A DNA stretch of 64,000 nt from an uncultured delta proteobacterium. Its GTDB lineage: Bacteria; Myxococcota; Kuafuiibacteriia; Kuafuiibacteriales; Kuafuiibacteriaceae. The translations under genes and the position numbers were made by a program. Shown here piece after piece: positions 39,217 through 48,925 of this stretch (positions are counted from its first letter, which is position 1; every line of letters starts with the position of its first letter). The notes under the pieces are model-generated. The model was not told where the DNA came from, made no database searches, and saw only the letters and a list, made by a program, of their open reading frames with translations. The DNA lies in the NCBI GenBank assembly GCA_963803435.1, contig CAWDML010000008.1:288001-352000 (forward strand), in the 5' to 3' direction.

Positions 39217-40299
39217 ATGTGGAGGACCAAAGAAGGCAGCACGGGTCGCCTGATCCAGCTCTGCGTCGGATACTTCATCTTCTACGTCATCACCGGCTAC
39301 ACGGTGAAGTACTTCCTGGGGAAGCCGGAGCTCGGCCTGCCCGGGATGTCCGGGATCGAGTTCCTCGTCTACAGCACGTTCGGCGGCACGCTCATCTGCG
39401 TGGGCGTGGTGGTGCTGCTCCGCTGGTTCCACCTCCGTTCCAACAAGTTGATCACGTGGGGCCCGCTCACGTTTCCGAGCGAGTACCTCTACATCATCCC
39501 CTCGGGCCTCTGCACCGCCGTGGTCATCCCCACCACCACGCTGATGTACACGCTGCCGATCTCGGTGATGGTCGCGATGGTGATGATGCGCGGCAGTGTC
39601 ATCGTGATCAGCCGCGTGGTCGACGCCGTGCAGATCCGCCAGGGCATCCTGACCAAGGTCGTCTACTGGGAGGAGAACGTGGCGGTCGGGCTGGCCTTGT
39701 TGGCCGTCAGCGTCCACCTCTTCGGCGGCGAGGGGCAGGGCAACTTCGATTTCCTGCAGAACTCCGCGGCCATCTCGATCCTGGGCAGCTACATCCTCGC
39801 GTACCTGATCCGCATCTACATCATGAACTACTACAAGAACACGCGGCCGAAGGGGGCAGCCAGCGACAACCGTGGGTTCTTCGCGGTGGAGCAGATCGCG
39901 TCGACGGTGTTCTTGGTGATGGCGGCGGCGGCCGTCTATTTCGCTCTGCCGCTCCTGGGGTTCGAGGGACCGCGCATCACCCAGTTCCACTCCGCCATCG
40001 CCTCGCCTCTTCCGCTCTTCCCCCAGGCCATCCTCGCCGGGATGGCCTTCGGGATGGTCGCGTTCTTCTCGGTCTTCATCTTCATGTTCAAGGGACGGAC
40101 GGCGACCTTCGCCGGGCTGGTGAACCGACTGACCTCGCTGATCGCCGGGACCACCTCGACCGTCCTCTTTGCGTTGACCTTCAGCTCCCGCTGGCCCACA
40201 GCCGAGGACTGGGGCTCGCTGGCGATCATCCTGGTGGCGGTCGGATTCCTCACCCTCGCCGAGAGACGGAGAGCGATCGAGCTGGCCCGGGAGAAGTGA
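39217..40299 (+). CDS. Uncharacterised ~10-TM membrane protein (DMT/EamA-like topology)
   Basis: About ten hydrophobic helices; stop overlaps the next start (TGATG). Confidence 0.7.
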   Translation: MWRTKEGSTGRLIQLCVGYFIFYVITGYTVKYFLGKPELGLPGMSGIEFLVYSTFGGTLICVGVVVLLRWFHLRSNKLITWGPLTFPSEYLYIIPSGLCTAVVIPTTTLMYTLPISVMVAMVMMRGSVIVISRVVDAVQIRQGILTKVVYWEENVAVGLALLAVSVHLFGGEGQGNFDFLQNSAAISILGSYILAYLIRIYIMNYYKNTRPKGAASDNRGFFAVEQIASTVFLVMAAAAVYFALPLLGFEGPRITQFHSAIASPLPLFPQAILAGMAFGMVAFFSVFIFMFKGRTATFAGLVNRLTSLIAGTTSTVLFALTFSSRWPTAEDWGSLAIILVAVGFLTLAERRRAIELAREK

Positions 40300-41270
40300 T
40301 GACCAAACTACTGAAGACGGTGTTGCTCCTGGCGCTGCCGGCCTCCGGCAAGTCCGAAGTGCGCCGCTACCTCAAGAGCCGGGACCCGGAATCCGTGAAG
40401 CGCGACTTCCACATGGGCGCGACCGTTCAGCTCGACGACTATCCGTACGTCCATCTCATGCGCTGCACCGACGACGCTCTGGCTGCCACCGGCGCGCCCC
40501 GGCTCTTCTTCGCCGCGCCCGATCGGTCGTTCATCGACGGACGTGATTGGGGAACGCTCATCGAGCTGCTCAACGAGGACTACGAGGATCTGATCGCCAA
40601 GACCGAGCACCAGCCGACCTCACCCGCGACGTTCCTGTTCGAGCGCTTCGATCGGGCTGCGGGTCGGGTCGGGATCGCGCCGCGGTTCGGTTCGCTCGAT
40701 CCGAAGACGCGGACCGCGCTGGCCGACGCGCTCGAGAAGGAGGCCGCCGCTCAGCTCGCCGAGAAGATGGCCGGCTATCCGGACACGCTGGAGGGCAAGA
40801 CGCTGGTCATGGAGTTCGCACGGGGCGGACAGCAGGGCGCCACCATGCCGCTTCCGGCCCCGTTCGGTTACCGGTACTCGATCGGCCGACTGTCGCCTGC
40901 AATCCTCGCCGGCGCCGGCATCCTCTACATCTGGGTCACGCCCGAGGAGTCGCGCCGGAAGAACGAGGATCGCGCCGATCCGAACGACCCGGGCTCGATC
41001 CTGCACCACGGCGTCCCCCACCGGGTGATGATCGACGACTACGGGTGCGACGACATGGATTGGCTGGAGGTCAGCGCCCGCAAGCCGGGGACCGTGCCCA
41101 TCACCAACGGGGACGGCAAGACCTGGGACGTCCCGATGGCGCGCTTCGACAACCGAGTCGACAAGACCTCGTTCATCCGCGACGATCCTCATTCCTGGAA
41201 GGAGGAGGATGTCCGCGCGGTGCACGACGGGCTCGAGGAGGCGCTGGCACGTCTCGTTGCTCTCGCTTGA
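40299..41270 (+). CDS. Uncharacterised P-loop (kinase-like) protein
   Basis: N-terminal VLLLALPASGKSE, LVMEFARGG, ILYIWVTPEESRRKN.DR. Confidence 0.7.
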   Translation: MTKLLKTVLLLALPASGKSEVRRYLKSRDPESVKRDFHMGATVQLDDYPYVHLMRCTDDALAATGAPRLFFAAPDRSFIDGRDWGTLIELLNEDYEDLIAKTEHQPTSPATFLFERFDRAAGRVGIAPRFGSLDPKTRTALADALEKEAAAQLAEKMAGYPDTLEGKTLVMEFARGGQQGATMPLPAPFGYRYSIGRLSPAILAGAGILYIWVTPEESRRKNEDRADPNDPGSILHHGVPHRVMIDDYGCDDMDWLEVSARKPGTVPITNGDGKTWDVPMARFDNRVDKTSFIRDDPHSWKEEDVRAVHDGLEEALARLVALA

Positions 41271-41274
41271 GCGA

Positions 41275-42321
41275 ATGGCGAGGGCGGTGTTTCCGCTCCT
41301 CCTCTCGGCCGCCTGCTCCCGCGGGGACGTGGTTCCGGTCCGACCCGACGGCGGCGCGATCGTTCCGCTGGTCTGCGCTCCCCCGCAATCGATCTGCGAG
41401 TCGCAGTGCGTGGACACCGCCTCCGATCCCCTGCACTGCGGCGGCTGCAACCAGCCTTGCGGCGGTGGCACCGAGTGCGTGAACGGTGCCTGCGTCTGCC
41501 CGGCCAGCACCACGCTCTGCAACGGGGTCTGTGTCGACCTGATGTCGGACGCCGGCAACTGCATGCGGTGCGGCAACACCTGTCTCGACGGTCGCATCTG
41601 CGACTTCGGGCTGTGCATCTGTCCTCCGAGCTTCAGCGAGTGCAGCGGACGCTGCGTGGATCTGGCGTCGGACCACGACGCGTGCGGCGACTGTGAGACC
41701 TCCTGCTCACCGCTTCAGTCGTGCGTGGAACGGGCCTGCGGCTGCGGTGATCTGTCGGCCTGCCCCGGTGGCACCACCGGGTACTGTAGCCGCGACCTCG
41801 AACGCTACTGCTGTCAGAGCGGCGAGATCTTCTGCGACGTCGACGACACGATCGCGTTCCCCGGCGGCTGCATCCCGGGCGGACTCGACTGTGGAAATCT
41901 CTTCTCCTGCGGGGGTGACTTCGTCTCCTGCGCAGCGGATCGGGAAGCCAATTGCAGCACCACCGGCGTCGCCGCGTGCTGCGCGGCGGACCGGCCGGTC
42001 TTCTGCGACGCGGTGGGCGGTATCGGCTATGACGGTGGCTGCTGGGAGCCGAACGTCGACTGCGCCACGATCTCGGTGTGCGGTCCTGTGATCTTCGCGT
42101 GCTACGCCGGCGGGCGGCCGTTCTGCACCGCCACCGAGAGCTACGTGTGCTGCCAGGCGAACGAGGTCTTCTGCGAAGCGAACCCCGGGATTGGCTATGA
42201 CGGGGGTTGCTGGCCCCAGACGATCGACTGCGCCAGCATCACGGACTGCGGTGGCGGCAACTACACCGCCTGTCCCCAGGGGACCGGCAGACCCAACTGT
42301 ACGACCAACGTTTGCGAGTGA
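41275..42321 (+). CDS. Cys-rich lipoprotein with myxobacterial CVD..D..CG.C..C repeats
   Basis: Lipobox SAAC; three CVDxxSDxxxCxxC repeats then three FCD/E..GGC..DC repeats. Confidence 0.8.
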   Translation: MARAVFPLLLSAACSRGDVVPVRPDGGAIVPLVCAPPQSICESQCVDTASDPLHCGGCNQPCGGGTECVNGACVCPASTTLCNGVCVDLMSDAGNCMRCGNTCLDGRICDFGLCICPPSFSECSGRCVDLASDHDACGDCETSCSPLQSCVERACGCGDLSACPGGTTGYCSRDLERYCCQSGEIFCDVDDTIAFPGGCIPGGLDCGNLFSCGGDFVSCAADREANCSTTGVAACCAADRPVFCDAVGGIGYDGGCWEPNVDCATISVCGPVIFACYAGGRPFCTATESYVCCQANEVFCEANPGIGYDGGCWPQTIDCASITDCGGGNYTACPQGTGRPNCTTNVCE

Positions 42322-42357
42322 GACGGTCGGCACCCGCGGGCTCACTGCGCCCGCAAG

Positions 42358-44190
42358 ATGGTGATAGAAGTGATCGGGGGCCATTTCCTGCTTCATCGGG
42401 GCACGTCGGATCTGCTCGACCTCTTCGTCCCGGAGATCCTCCGCCGTCAGGGCGCGGACCGCGTTCGCCAGGCGCGCCTCTCGGTGGTCTTCGCGGCCGT
42501 GTTCGTCCTGGCCAGCCTGATCGGCGCCGTGAGTCACGCGCTCCGCGGCGCACACGTCATCGCGGCCGCGTTTGTCGCCGCTGCTGTCCTCTCGGCCGGC
42601 TCTGTGCTTCTCCTCCGCCGCCTGGGCTCGGTCTCGGTCACCGGCACCCTGCTCACGCTCGCCTGGTTCGGCGCCGGGAACGCCGCAGCCCTCGCACGCG
42701 GCGGGCTGGGAGCGCCCTCTCTCTTGCCCTCGCTGGTCGCCCCGCTCCTGGCGACGCTCCTGGTCGGTGCCCGCGCCGGCGTTCGCTGGGCGCTCTTCTG
42801 TTGCGTGTGGATCGGTGTCCTGTTCGTCGCGAGAGCGGCGGGGGTCGATCTGATCGATGACGTCCCGGCCGCGTCGCGTCCGATCATCCATGCGATCATG
42901 GGTGGAGTGTTCACGCTGGCCATGCTCGGGATCGGCCTGGCGTATGAGCGTCTGAGGACCGCGGCCATGGACGATCTCGAGCGCCAGACCGAGGAGGTGA
43001 TCCGCGCCGAGCGCGACGCGCAGATGATGTTCGCCGACCGCATGTCTGCGATCGGTCGCCTCGCCGCGGGGACCGCACACGAGATCAACAATCCGCTCAC
43101 GTATCTGTTGGCGAACCTGGACCTGATCGGTGAGGCGATGCGCGAAAATCCGAGACACTTCGACGGCGATCTCCGCGCCGCCGTGGACGAGGCGCGGGAC
43201 GGCGCGAGTCGGATCGCAGCGATCGTCGGCGACCTGAAGACGTTCGCGCGGGCCGAAGAAGAGGGGCTGAGCGCGGTCGACTGCCGCTCGGTCCTGGAGT
43301 CCACGGTGCGGATGGTCGCCAACGAGGCCCGTCACCGGGCGCGCCTGATCGAGCGCTACGGGGAGGTGCCCGCCGTCCTCGCCAACGACTCGAGGCTCGC
43401 CCAGGTCTGTCTCAACGTGCTCCTCAACGCCGTGCAGGCGATCCCGGTCGGCAGGGCCGACGAGGACCAGATCACTGTGTCCACCTCCATGTCCGGGGAG
43501 CGGGTCCAGATCGAGATCGCCGATACCGGGGTCGGCATCCCCACCGAGCTGCTCGATCGCGTGATGGATCCGTTCTTCACCACCAAGCCCTCTGGTGCCG
43601 GGACCGGCCTCGGACTCTCGGTGTCCCGGAACATCGTGCAGCGGCTCGGAGGCGAGATAAACATCGCCAGCACGCTCGGCAAAGGGACGGTGGTGACGAT
43701 CCTCCTCGACGCGACCAACGAAGCGCCGCCGCCGTCGCCTCCGCGCCTGCCTCGGCCCCAGATCGCGGCCGACGAGCACGCCCGCATCCTGGTGATCGAC
43801 GACGATCTCCGGGTCGCGAAGACGCTGGCGCGCATGCTTCGCCCACACCGCGTCGAGATCGCCACCGGTGGGCGCCGGGCGCTGGAGATCCTGGCCGACG
43901 ACCCCAACTTCGATCTCGTCGTCTGCGATCTGATGATGCCCGACGTCACCGGGATGCAGATCTACGAGGCGCTCGAGCGCACCGCACCGGACCTGGCGCC
44001 GAGCATGCTCTTCGTCAGCGGCGGCACCTTCAGTCCCGCGGCGCGCGCGTTTGCGGAGCGGATGGGTGACCGGGTGGTGGAGAAGCCGTTCGACGAGCAC
44101 AGGGTCCGCGAGACGGTCGAACGGCGCCTGGAGACTTCTCGGCAGCGCGCGCTTCAGGTTTCACAGAATGATCCGATGGCGTCCGCGTGA
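42358..44190 (+). CDS. Membrane hybrid sensor histidine kinase (HisKA-HATPase-REC)
   Basis: AHEINNPL, N-box, DTGVGI, PFFTTK, GTGLGL, receiver ILVIDDD..CDLMMP..KPF. Confidence 0.93.
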   Translation: MVIEVIGGHFLLHRGTSDLLDLFVPEILRRQGADRVRQARLSVVFAAVFVLASLIGAVSHALRGAHVIAAAFVAAAVLSAGSVLLLRRLGSVSVTGTLLTLAWFGAGNAAALARGGLGAPSLLPSLVAPLLATLLVGARAGVRWALFCCVWIGVLFVARAAGVDLIDDVPAASRPIIHAIMGGVFTLAMLGIGLAYERLRTAAMDDLERQTEEVIRAERDAQMMFADRMSAIGRLAAGTAHEINNPLTYLLANLDLIGEAMRENPRHFDGDLRAAVDEARDGASRIAAIVGDLKTFARAEEEGLSAVDCRSVLESTVRMVANEARHRARLIERYGEVPAVLANDSRLAQVCLNVLLNAVQAIPVGRADEDQITVSTSMSGERVQIEIADTGVGIPTELLDRVMDPFFTTKPSGAGTGLGLSVSRNIVQRLGGEINIASTLGKGTVVTILLDATNEAPPPSPPRLPRPQIAADEHARILVIDDDLRVAKTLARMLRPHRVEIATGGRRALEILADDPNFDLVVCDLMMPDVTGMQIYEALERTAPDLAPSMLFVSGGTFSPAARAFAERMGDRVVEKPFDEHRVRETVERRLETSRQRALQVSQNDPMASA

Positions 44191-45722
44191 ACGCGGATCC
44201 ATGGAGAGCGCCGAGGTTCGTGGATGAGCGCGTGGTCGAGGTCGAGCTCGGGGGTCGGGCCGCCCTCCAGGAGCTGTGGTCGGTCGATATCTCGAAGGGT
44301 GGGATGTTCCTCCGGACCGAGGCCCCGCCGCCCCGCGGCCGCCGGCTCGAGGTTCGCCTCTCCACCTCCGGCGGGCCGCTGACGCTCACCGCCGAGGTCG
44401 TCCATGTCGTCGACGTCGCCACCGCCGAGGCCTACGGCCAGTCTCCCGGCGTGGGCGTCCAGTTCATCGATCTCACCCGCGAGCTGAGGGAGCGGATCGA
44501 GCAGTACCTCGAGGGCGTGCTCACCAAGCTCTCCGTGGACCTGGCGCCTGCCGGCTCCGAGCCCCTCGACGTCCTCCTCGGAGAGGCCGAGCGGGTCACG
44601 GCGGCGCTGTCCGCCTCCGACCTCTACGGTGCGATCCAGATGCCGCCCAGCGCCGGTGCCGAGGATCTGCTGGCGCGGATCGAGCGCCTGTCGGCCCGCT
44701 TCCTGAACCCACCCGCAGAGGCTTCGCCGCCCAAGGTCGAGCGGCTCCGGCGGGTGGCCGGACAGCTCGGGCGCACCGCGCTGCTCTTCCGGAGCCCGCG
44801 CCGCCGCCTCCAGTACGATCTCCGGCGCGGCTTCGTGCGAGCCGCTGAGCGCCGGGCTGCCGGTGAGGACTTCGCCCTGCTCCGGACGGTCTGGTGCGAG
44901 CTCTTCCCGGAGCAACCCAGCGCCGCCCGGGATCACCACCGCGAGGCGTGCCGGCTGGAGGGCGCCGGTCGCCGCGCGGAGGCGCTCGATGCCCTCACGA
45001 GCGCGCTCGAGCTCGATCCCTTCAACCTCGACTACTGGGAGCGCCGCGCGCTGTTCGAGCGCCGCCTGCTCGAGACGCCCGCCGAGCCGGCGTTCGCCTG
45101 CGCCGATCTTCCCCAGGTCGCCGACGAGCGTGAGATCCGGTCGGGCGTGAGGGCCGCCGACCGTGTCCCCACCGATCTGATGAAGCTCGCCGTCCAGGTC
45201 GAGTCGCGGCTCGGCTCCACGCCGCACGGCCGCGCCGAGCGCACCTCCACCGGCGACCTGCTCGAGCTGGGTCACAACTGCCCGCCCGCAGAGGCGGCCC
45301 GGATCCGGCACGAGGTCGGGCTCGCTCACCTTCGACGGTCCGACTATCAGAACGCCCGCGTGCTCCTGGCCAGCGCGATCGAGCTCGACCCGCAGCCCGA
45401 CTACCTGATGAGCTCGGCGTGGGCGATGATCGTCGACGCCTCCTTCGATCGCGCCCGCGCCGAGACCGAAGCGCGCCCGCTGGTCCTGGCAGCCATCGCG
45501 GGCTCGAGGAAGGATACGCCCGACGGCCGCCGCCGCATCGCGCGCGGCCACTATTTCCTGGGTCGACTGCTGCGCGATCTGGGGAGCCACGCGAAGGCGG
45601 AGACCGAGCTGGCGCGTGCGGTCGCGTACGATCCAAGGCTGGTGGAGGCGTGCACCGAGCTCCGGTTGATCCGGATGCGGACGCAGCGCAAGCGCGGGTT
45701 GCGGGACCTCTTCAAGCGCTGA
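44187..45722 (+). CDS. PilZ domain / degenerate J-like / TPR protein
   Basis: DISKGGMFL..GVGVQF PilZ; J-like segment lacking HPD; TPR helices. Confidence 0.75.
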   Translation: MNADPWRAPRFVDERVVEVELGGRAALQELWSVDISKGGMFLRTEAPPPRGRRLEVRLSTSGGPLTLTAEVVHVVDVATAEAYGQSPGVGVQFIDLTRELRERIEQYLEGVLTKLSVDLAPAGSEPLDVLLGEAERVTAALSASDLYGAIQMPPSAGAEDLLARIERLSARFLNPPAEASPPKVERLRRVAGQLGRTALLFRSPRRRLQYDLRRGFVRAAERRAAGEDFALLRTVWCELFPEQPSAARDHHREACRLEGAGRRAEALDALTSALELDPFNLDYWERRALFERRLLETPAEPAFACADLPQVADEREIRSGVRAADRVPTDLMKLAVQVESRLGSTPHGRAERTSTGDLLELGHNCPPAEAARIRHEVGLAHLRRSDYQNARVLLASAIELDPQPDYLMSSAWAMIVDASFDRARAETEARPLVLAAIAGSRKDTPDGRRRIARGHYFLGRLLRDLGSHAKAETELARAVAYDPRLVEACTELRLIRMRTQRKRGLRDLFKR

Positions 45723-45728
45723 GCGCGC

Positions 45729-46430
45729 TTACCGCGAGGCGAGCTGGTGGCCGACCGCCACCGTCTCGGCGTCGAAGTCCTCGGATAGCAGCGTCCTCTG
45801 ATCCTCCTCACGGTGCTCGCGCACGGGCTCCGGCACACGATCGATCGCCCGCGCCCGCGCCAGCGAGGCGATATCGGGGCGCACGGGTGCCGGCGCGGCA
45901 GGCTCGCCGAGCGGCATGACCTGAGGCCGGGGGCGGAGCCGCGAGATCTCGTGGGCGATCCGTTGCTGGAGCGGGTCGAGGGCGAGCGCGCGGATGAAGC
46001 AGCGGATCGCGCCCTCGGTGTCCTGCGCGGCCTTGTAGAGCTGCCCGGCCTGCTCCCACTGCTGCGACGCCTCGTGCTTGCGATCGAGCTTCTCGTAGCA
46101 CTGGGCCAGCTCGAAGTGCGCGATCGTCCGGTCGGGTCCGAGGTGGAGGATCCGCTTCAGGACGGCGGCCGCCTTCTGCCAGTCGCTGCGCCTCTTGTAG
46201 ATGTCGACCACGTGCCAGTAGGCCGACAGCGCTCGCTCGGTGTCGCCCGCGCGCAGGTAGCAGTCCGCCAGGCGGAGGATCAGGCGCTCGTTCTCGGGAT
46301 TGGCCTTGCCCTGGCGCGCCAGCGCGACCAGCTCCGCCTGGCGTCGCATCGCGTCCTTGCGATCGTGGAAGAGCACGCGCCCCAAGGCGCGAAGGACTCC
46401 TGTGAAGCGGCCGCTTCCCTTTGACTCCAT
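45729..46430 (-). CDS. Tetratricopeptide-repeat protein
   Basis: LRLADCYLRAGD, HFELAQCYEKL, ALALDP; ATG 46430 lies downstream of a sigma-54 box. Confidence 0.75.
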   Translation of the reverse strand: MESKGSGRFTGVLRALGRVLFHDRKDAMRRQAELVALARQGKANPENERLILRLADCYLRAGDTERALSAYWHVVDIYKRRSDWQKAAAVLKRILHLGPDRTIAHFELAQCYEKLDRKHEASQQWEQAGQLYKAAQDTEGAIRCFIRALALDPLQQRIAHEISRLRPRPQVMPLGEPAAPAPVRPDIASLARARAIDRVPEPVREHREEDQRTLLSEDFDAETVAVGHQLASR

Positions 46431-46453
46431 CGGTGACCCCGGTCGCCGACAGG

Positions 46454-46469
46454 AGCAAGGGTCGGACCA
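46454..46469 (-). promoter_or_regulatory. Sigma-54 promoter of the TPR gene
   Basis: Minus strand TGGTCCGACCCTTGCT = GG-N10-GC. Confidence 0.6.
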
Positions 46470-46536
46470 GGCTCCCAGGGTCGCGGATGGAGCGGGTGTC
46501 ACCCCCGCGGGATGAGACACCCTGTTACGCTGTGTC

Positions 46537-48129
46537 TCACCCGGAACGCTTCAGGCTCGCACGAGCGGTATCCGAGCCGCAGCCGAAGCTTCGGGCGAGG
46601 CTCTGCAGGGGCGCGACGGCTCGCGGATCGCCGGAGGCCGCCAGCCTGCGGACCGCGAGCTTGCGGGCGCCGCACTCATCGCTCTGGAGCGTGGCGATCC
46701 ACAGCGGGATCAGGTCCACCTCCTCGCCGGCCTTCTCCAGGACCTCGCCGGCGCGCCGCTTGAGATAGCGGCTGCTGTGCGGGTCGTCGAACGCCGCCCG
46801 TACCTGCGCCATGGAGTCGGGGGCGGTGGCGAGCAGGATCTGCTCGGCGACCGAGGTGTTGGTGTTGGGGCGGGCCAGGTAGGCGACGACGTTCTGGTAG
46901 TCCTCATCCTCGAAGGCCTGCGCCGAAGCGTCGGCCAGCGTCCGATAGTCGTAGAGCGCGCGCGGGACGTCCCTCTGCTGCGCGGCGAGGCGCGCCTCCT
47001 GGCGGAGCGCGAGCTGCGAGGGTTCGACGACCTCCGCGATGGGTGCCGCTGCGATCGGCTGGGCGTCGATCACCTTGGCGTCGTTCGAGGCCATCGCGAC
47101 AGCCGCGACGATCGACAAGCCCAGGACGCCGGCCGCGGCGGCGAGCTGCGTCCGCCTCGGGAGCGCGCGTGCGCGATCGATCAACGGCTGCGCGCGGGCG
47201 GCGATCGTCCGGCCCAGCTCGAGCGCGCGGTCGACGAACGGCTGCGCTCGGTCGAACGCAGGTCGCGTCGTCGAATCGGGATCAGGCTGGTGCAGGCTGC
47301 GCACCCGGCGCAACGCTCCGGCCAGCTCGCCGGCGTCACGACACCCGCGCCGATCGGCCTCGTGTGCGAGGAGCCCATCCACCAGCTCCGCGAACGGTCG
47401 TGCGCTCTCCGGGAGGCCGGCTGCCGCCATCAACGGCGTCGCACCGGTGGAGGCCAGGGAGAGGATCTCGGCCGCCCGGGTGCCCTGATGCGGCACGTGT
47501 CCAGCGATCATGCGATACGCGAGCACGCCCAGCGAATAGAGGTCGGCCCTCGCATCGACTGGGAAGCCCATCAACTGCTCGGGCGCGACCCACTCGATCG
47601 CGCCCACGACCGCGCCGCGCGCCGTGATCAACTGCGTGGTGCCGGCCTCGCTGTAGGGCGCGGTCTCGTACGCGAAGATGAAGTCGGTGATCCGCGGCAT
47701 TCCGTCTGCGCCCACCACGATGTTCCGCGGGTGGAGATCGCGGTGCACCAGCCCGTTGCAGTGGGCGCACGCGGCGGCGTCAGCGAGGGCGATCAGGAGA
47801 TCGTGTGCCGCGTGCCAGTCGATCCGGCCCCGAACCTCGAGGATCGCCTCGAGGGTGTCGCCCTTCGGCGCGTCGGTGACGACGTACGGCCGGCCTTCGT
47901 GCTGTCCGACGTCGATCACCGAGACGATGCCCGGATGATCGAGCTTGGCGAGCAGGCGACCCTCGCGGAGGAAGCGGCGGCAGAGATCCTCGTTCGACGG
48001 ATCCTGCACCATCTTGATCGCGACCGGGCGCTCGAGCGCCGGCTGGCGTCCCGCGTACAGCTCGCGCCCCGCGAAGGTTCCGAGATGCGTCTCGACCGTG
48101 AAGCGGCCGCCGATGGTGGTCCCGAGCAC
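46537..48129 (-). CDS. Membrane Ser/Thr protein kinase-like protein with C-terminal HEAT-like domain (degenerate motifs)
   Basis: VAIK, HRDLHPRN, DFI in place of DFG, APEQ, DLYSLG, one TM helix. Confidence 0.85.
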   Translation of the reverse strand: MLGTTIGGRFTVETHLGTFAGRELYAGRQPALERPVAIKMVQDPSNEDLCRRFLREGRLLAKLDHPGIVSVIDVGQHEGRPYVVTDAPKGDTLEAILEVRGRIDWHAAHDLLIALADAAACAHCNGLVHRDLHPRNIVVGADGMPRITDFIFAYETAPYSEAGTTQLITARGAVVGAIEWVAPEQLMGFPVDARADLYSLGVLAYRMIAGHVPHQGTRAAEILSLASTGATPLMAAAGLPESARPFAELVDGLLAHEADRRGCRDAGELAGALRRVRSLHQPDPDSTTRPAFDRAQPFVDRALELGRTIAARAQPLIDRARALPRRTQLAAAAGVLGLSIVAAVAMASNDAKVIDAQPIAAAPIAEVVEPSQLALRQEARLAAQQRDVPRALYDYRTLADASAQAFEDEDYQNVVAYLARPNTNTSVAEQILLATAPDSMAQVRAAFDDPHSSRYLKRRAGEVLEKAGEEVDLIPLWIATLQSDECGARKLAVRRLAASGDPRAVAPLQSLARSFGCGSDTARASLKRSG

Positions 48130-48141
48130 GGGGTCACCGGG

Positions 48142-48157
48142 AGCAAGGTCCGATCCA
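48142..48157 (-). promoter_or_regulatory. Sigma-54 promoter of the kinase gene
   Basis: Minus strand TGGATCGGACCTTGCT = GG-N10-GC; -12 C is 14 nt before GTG 48129. Confidence 0.65.
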
Positions 48158-48193
48158 AGAGCAGGAGGCGACGGATCGCCCTGCGCCTCCGGA

Positions 48194-48224
48194 CCGGGCG
48201 GTTCCGCCGGAACCGGACGGTTAC
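48194..48224 (-). promoter_or_regulatory. Putative activator-binding site, copy 1
   Basis: GTAACCGTCCGGTTCCGGCGGAACCGCCCGG, 26/31 identical to 50967-50997. Confidence 0.6.
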
Positions 48225-48802
48225 TCGAAGAAGTAGGACAGGCCGAGGCGGCCGCTGAGGGTGCCGCCGATGCTGAGGATCGTCGGGCCGTCGCCGACGG
48301 CCAGCCCCAGGCCGACCTCGCCGTGAATGGCGACGTTGCTCACGATGAAGAACCGGATCTGGACCAAGCCCTCGGCGTGAAAGAGCGTGGCGTCGCCGGG
48401 ACCCTGGAGCTCGGTGTGACTCACACCGACGCCCGCACCGAGGCCGAGGTCGGAGCGAGAGGTACTATGGACCACCCACAGGAAGCGCGCCGACAGCCCG
48501 AAGCTGGTGGCGGCGTCCTCCACGAACAGGAGCCCCAGCATGCCCTCGATGCGGAACTGTCGCGCGTCGAAGATGAACGTCGCTCCACCGCCGCCGCCCA
48601 GCGGGATGCCGCCGACGGAGGGCGTTCCGGCGAACAGGCCCGACAGCAGCGCCTCGATCCCCAGCCCGAAGCGATTGCCGCCGGAGTCGGACGTGCTCCC
48701 CTTCTCGGCGTTCTCGAGATCCTCGTACTGGGCGAACGCCGGCGTGGGGATGGCGAGAAGGGTGGTCAGTGCAAAGAGGCCGATCCGAGAGCGCGCTTTC
48801 AT
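48221..48802 (-). CDS. Small outer-membrane beta-barrel protein
   Basis: GGAGG RBS, signal peptide (..TPAFA), Gly-rich amphipathic strands, ends RLGLSYFFE. Confidence 0.75.
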   Translation of the reverse strand: MKARSRIGLFALTTLLAIPTPAFAQYEDLENAEKGSTSDSGGNRFGLGIEALLSGLFAGTPSVGGIPLGGGGGATFIFDARQFRIEGMLGLLFVEDAATSFGLSARFLWVVHSTSRSDLGLGAGVGVSHTELQGPGDATLFHAEGLVQIRFFIVSNVAIHGEVGLGLAVGDGPTILSIGGTLSGRLGLSYFFE

Positions 48803-48925
48803 CGATTCCTCCAAAAGATTGCCGAACATAGGGCGCAAGTTGACGTGCCGCAAGAAAGCACCTGTACTGCGCGCGTGTCGTCGAGCGACACCCGAACCCT
48901 GTTGCATCCGCACGCCGGGGCGGCG

